Assembly (NCBI GenBank): GCA_964387795.1
Contig: CAYLYP010000071.1
Span: forward strand, 1-16,539
DNA length: 16,539 nt
Reading direction: 5' to 3'
Source: an uncultured Bacteroidales bacterium
Lineage (GTDB): Bacteria; Bacteroidota; Bacteroidia; Bacteroidales; UBA7960
Position numbers and translations under genes: made by a program
Notes under the pieces: model-generated
Databases searched by the model: none
The model's input: only the letters and a program-made list of their open reading frames with translations
What the model was told of the DNA's origin: nothing
In this document: positions 14,877 to 16,539 of the stretch, piece after piece
Layout: each line of letters begins with the position of its first letter
Numbering within the stretch: the stretch's first letter is position 1

Positions 14877-16319
14877 ATGGAACCTTTAGTATTGGCCGTC
14901 ATTGGCGTAGTAGTGTTTTTTGTAACTTTTGCTGCAATCCTGGCACGTTATAAACGTTGCCCATCCGACAAGGTACTTGTAGTATATGGAAAGACTGGTA
15001 AGAACCTGCAGGGAGCTGTGAGTTCAGCCCGATGTATCCATGGTGGGGCTGCCTTTATCTGGCCTGTTTTCCAGAGCTATTCATTTTTAGATTTAACCCC
15101 GATATCTATTGAATGCAACCTTACAAATGCATTGAGTAAACAGAATATCAGGGTCGATGTACCTTGCCGTTTCACAGTGGGTATCTCGACAGAGGCCGAT
15201 AGCATGACCAATGCTGCTGAGCGTTTGCTTGGCTTAAAGCTGGATCATATCCAGGAACTGGCCAAGGACATCCTTTTTGGACAGTTGCGTTTGGTTATTG
15301 CAACAATGGATATTGAAGAAATCAATGCCGATCGCGATAAATTCCTTGCCAATGTGAGTGCCAACGTTGAAGCAGAATTGCGTAAAATTGGTTTGAAACT
15401 GATCAACGTTAACGTTACAGATATCCGCGATGAATCAGGGTATATCGAGGCTCTTGGTAAAGAAGCTGCTGCAAAGGCTATCAACGAAGCCAAGAAAAGT
15501 GTTGCCGAACAGGAACGCTTTGGTGAAATTGGTAAGGCCGAAGCCGACAGGGACAAAGATATCCGTATTGCTGAAACACAAAGGGATACCCGTGTTAAGA
15601 CAGCCGATGCCAATGCTACTGCTGTTGAAGGTGAAAACAAAGCTAAAATTGCTATTGCAATGTCTGATTCTGAACGTCGTGAGCGTGAAGCTGAAGCTTT
15701 AAAACGTGCAGTATCGGCAGAAAAAATCCAGCAGGCCAAAGCACTCGAAGAAGCTTACCATGCAGAAAGAGAAGCTGAAACTGCCAGGGCTGAACGTGAA
15801 AAAGCTACACAGGTTGCAAATATCGTTGTTCCTGCCCAGATTGACAAAGAAAAGGTTATCATTGATGCAGAAGCCGAAGCTGAAAAACTACGCCGCAGGG
15901 CTAAAGGTGAGGCTGATGCCATATTTGCTAAAATGGATGCCGAAGCCAGGGGTATTTATGAAGTGCTTTCAAAACAAGCCAAAGGTTATCAACAAATCGT
16001 TGAAGCTTCAGGTAATGATCCTCAGAAAGCCGTTACATTCCTTATTGCTGATAAATTACCTGAATTGGTTAAGACCCAGGTTGAAGCTGTTAAGAATATT
16101 AAAATTGACAAAATCACTGTTTGGGATGGCCAGAATAATGCTTCAGGACAAACATCAACTGCCAATTTTATTTCAGGGATGATGAAATCTGTTCCTCCTT
16201 TAAATGAATTGTTCCAGATGGCTGGGCTCGAGCTTCCTAAGTTCCTCAAAGGAGAAGAAAAAGATCCTTTGAAGGCTGATGATGCCCGGATTGATGAAAC
16301 AGAAACAGATACTAAATAA
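14877..16319 (+). CDS. Flotillin-like SPFH/band-7 protein (FloT/YuaG-type)
   Basis: 480 aa. An N-terminal membrane anchor (LVLAVIGVVVFFVTFAAIL) is followed by an SPFH domain, then a long Ala/Glu/Lys-rich coiled-coil region (EAEALKRAVSAEKIQQAKALEEAYHAEREAETARAEREKA...) typical of flotillins. Confidence 0.8.
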   Translation: MEPLVLAVIGVVVFFVTFAAILARYKRCPSDKVLVVYGKTGKNLQGAVSSARCIHGGAAFIWPVFQSYSFLDLTPISIECNLTNALSKQNIRVDVPCRFTVGISTEADSMTNAAERLLGLKLDHIQELAKDILFGQLRLVIATMDIEEINADRDKFLANVSANVEAELRKIGLKLINVNVTDIRDESGYIEALGKEAAAKAINEAKKSVAEQERFGEIGKAEADRDKDIRIAETQRDTRVKTADANATAVEGENKAKIAIAMSDSERREREAEALKRAVSAEKIQQAKALEEAYHAEREAETARAEREKATQVANIVVPAQIDKEKVIIDAEAEAEKLRRRAKGEADAIFAKMDAEARGIYEVLSKQAKGYQQIVEASGNDPQKAVTFLIADKLPELVKTQVEAVKNIKIDKITVWDGQNNASGQTSTANFISGMMKSVPPLNELFQMAGLELPKFLKGEEKDPLKADDARIDETETDTK

Positions 16320-16360
16320 TTGTTTTGGTTGATGGCTCTTTTATAGGGCGATTTTTTCAG

Positions 16361-16425
16361 GACTGCAAAGGAATTTTTTATAAAAGGATAGAATCTTTTA
16401 AAAAAAATACTACCTTTGCAGTCCA
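16361..16425. repeat. Perfect 12-bp inverted repeat GGACTGCAAAGG ... CCTTTGCAGTCC with a 41-nt AT-rich spacer, between flotillin and rpsF
   Basis: Seen directly. The arms are at 16361-16372 and 16414-16425. The right arm contains TACCTTTG (16412-16419), a TAnnTTTG -7 match 54 nt upstream of the rpsF ATG. The element is followed by ATTTTAAT. Confidence 0.5.
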
Positions 16426-16472
16426 TTTTAATAAATGGTCAAATCATTGATTACAAATAAAATTTTACAAAA

Positions 16473-16539
16473 ATGTTGAAACAGTACGAAACCGTTTTCA
16501 TTATGACTCCCGTTTTGTCTGATGAACAGATGAAGGAAA
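16473..16539 (+). CDS. rpsF: 30S ribosomal protein S6, 5' partial (first 22 codons only)
   Basis: MLKQYETVFIMTPVLSDEQMKE matches the conserved S6 N-terminus (M..YE.VFI..P..S.EQ). It runs off the right edge. Confidence 0.65.
   Translation, partial: MLKQYETVFIMTPVLSDEQMKE

Noticed and set aside
15245-16426. ORFs 15245..15739 (-), 15430..15702 (+), 15706..16182 (+) and 16022..16426 (-)
   Set aside because: They are alternative-frame products of the GC-skewed, codon-repetitive Ala/Glu/Lys coiled-coil region of the flotillin gene (a compositional artefact).
1-16539. Search for CRISPR arrays, tRNA or rRNA genes, and transposase or integrase genes
   Set aside because: There is no array of regularly spaced repeats, no cloverleaf-like sequence with conserved GTTC...TTCGA-type boxes noticed, and no DDE or tyrosine-recombinase-like ORF. 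The RiPP-like cluster shows no obvious flanking mobility signature within the window.

Overview
The window is a low-GC (~38-40%) chromosomal segment with Bacteroidetes-like traits: an rplU-rpmA-serS arrangement, several TAnnTTTG -7-type promoter octamers, and little Shine-Dalgarno usage. Most of it is ordinary housekeeping: ribosomal proteins L21 and L27, SerRS, RsmA/KsgA, a MeaB-like GTPase, an acyl-ACP thioesterase, a PlsC-like acyltransferase, an NfeD-flotillin pair, and the first codons of rpsF. The exception is the left ~2.7 kb, where the supplied ORF track is incomplete. It holds three co-oriented minus-strand elements that look like an undescribed RiPP-type peptide-modification cluster. 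(a) A 29-aa Cys-rich ORF, MLTKVVKVKDTKKNSYGCCDHCGGCKCNN (2481..2570, below the track's size cut-off). (b) A 456-aa radical SAM enzyme with CX3CX2C plus a C-terminal SPASM CX2CX5CX3C motif and a ~100-aa N-terminal extension. (c) Directly downstream, a second paralogous radical SAM/SPASM gene that starts with TTG and runs off the window edge (1..1001, absent from the track). A DMT/EamA permease and a 43-aa ORF are transcribed divergently from this cluster. Other curiosities are short direct repeats around the precursor gene, a perfect 12-bp inverted repeat between the flotillin gene and rpsF, a 7-bp palindrome upstream of the NfeD/flotillin operon, and a thioredoxin-fold protein with a CxxS (WCGDS) active-site variant. 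No tRNA or rRNA genes, CRISPR arrays or mobile elements were seen. Every functional call rests on motif recognition by eye; I ran no database search.
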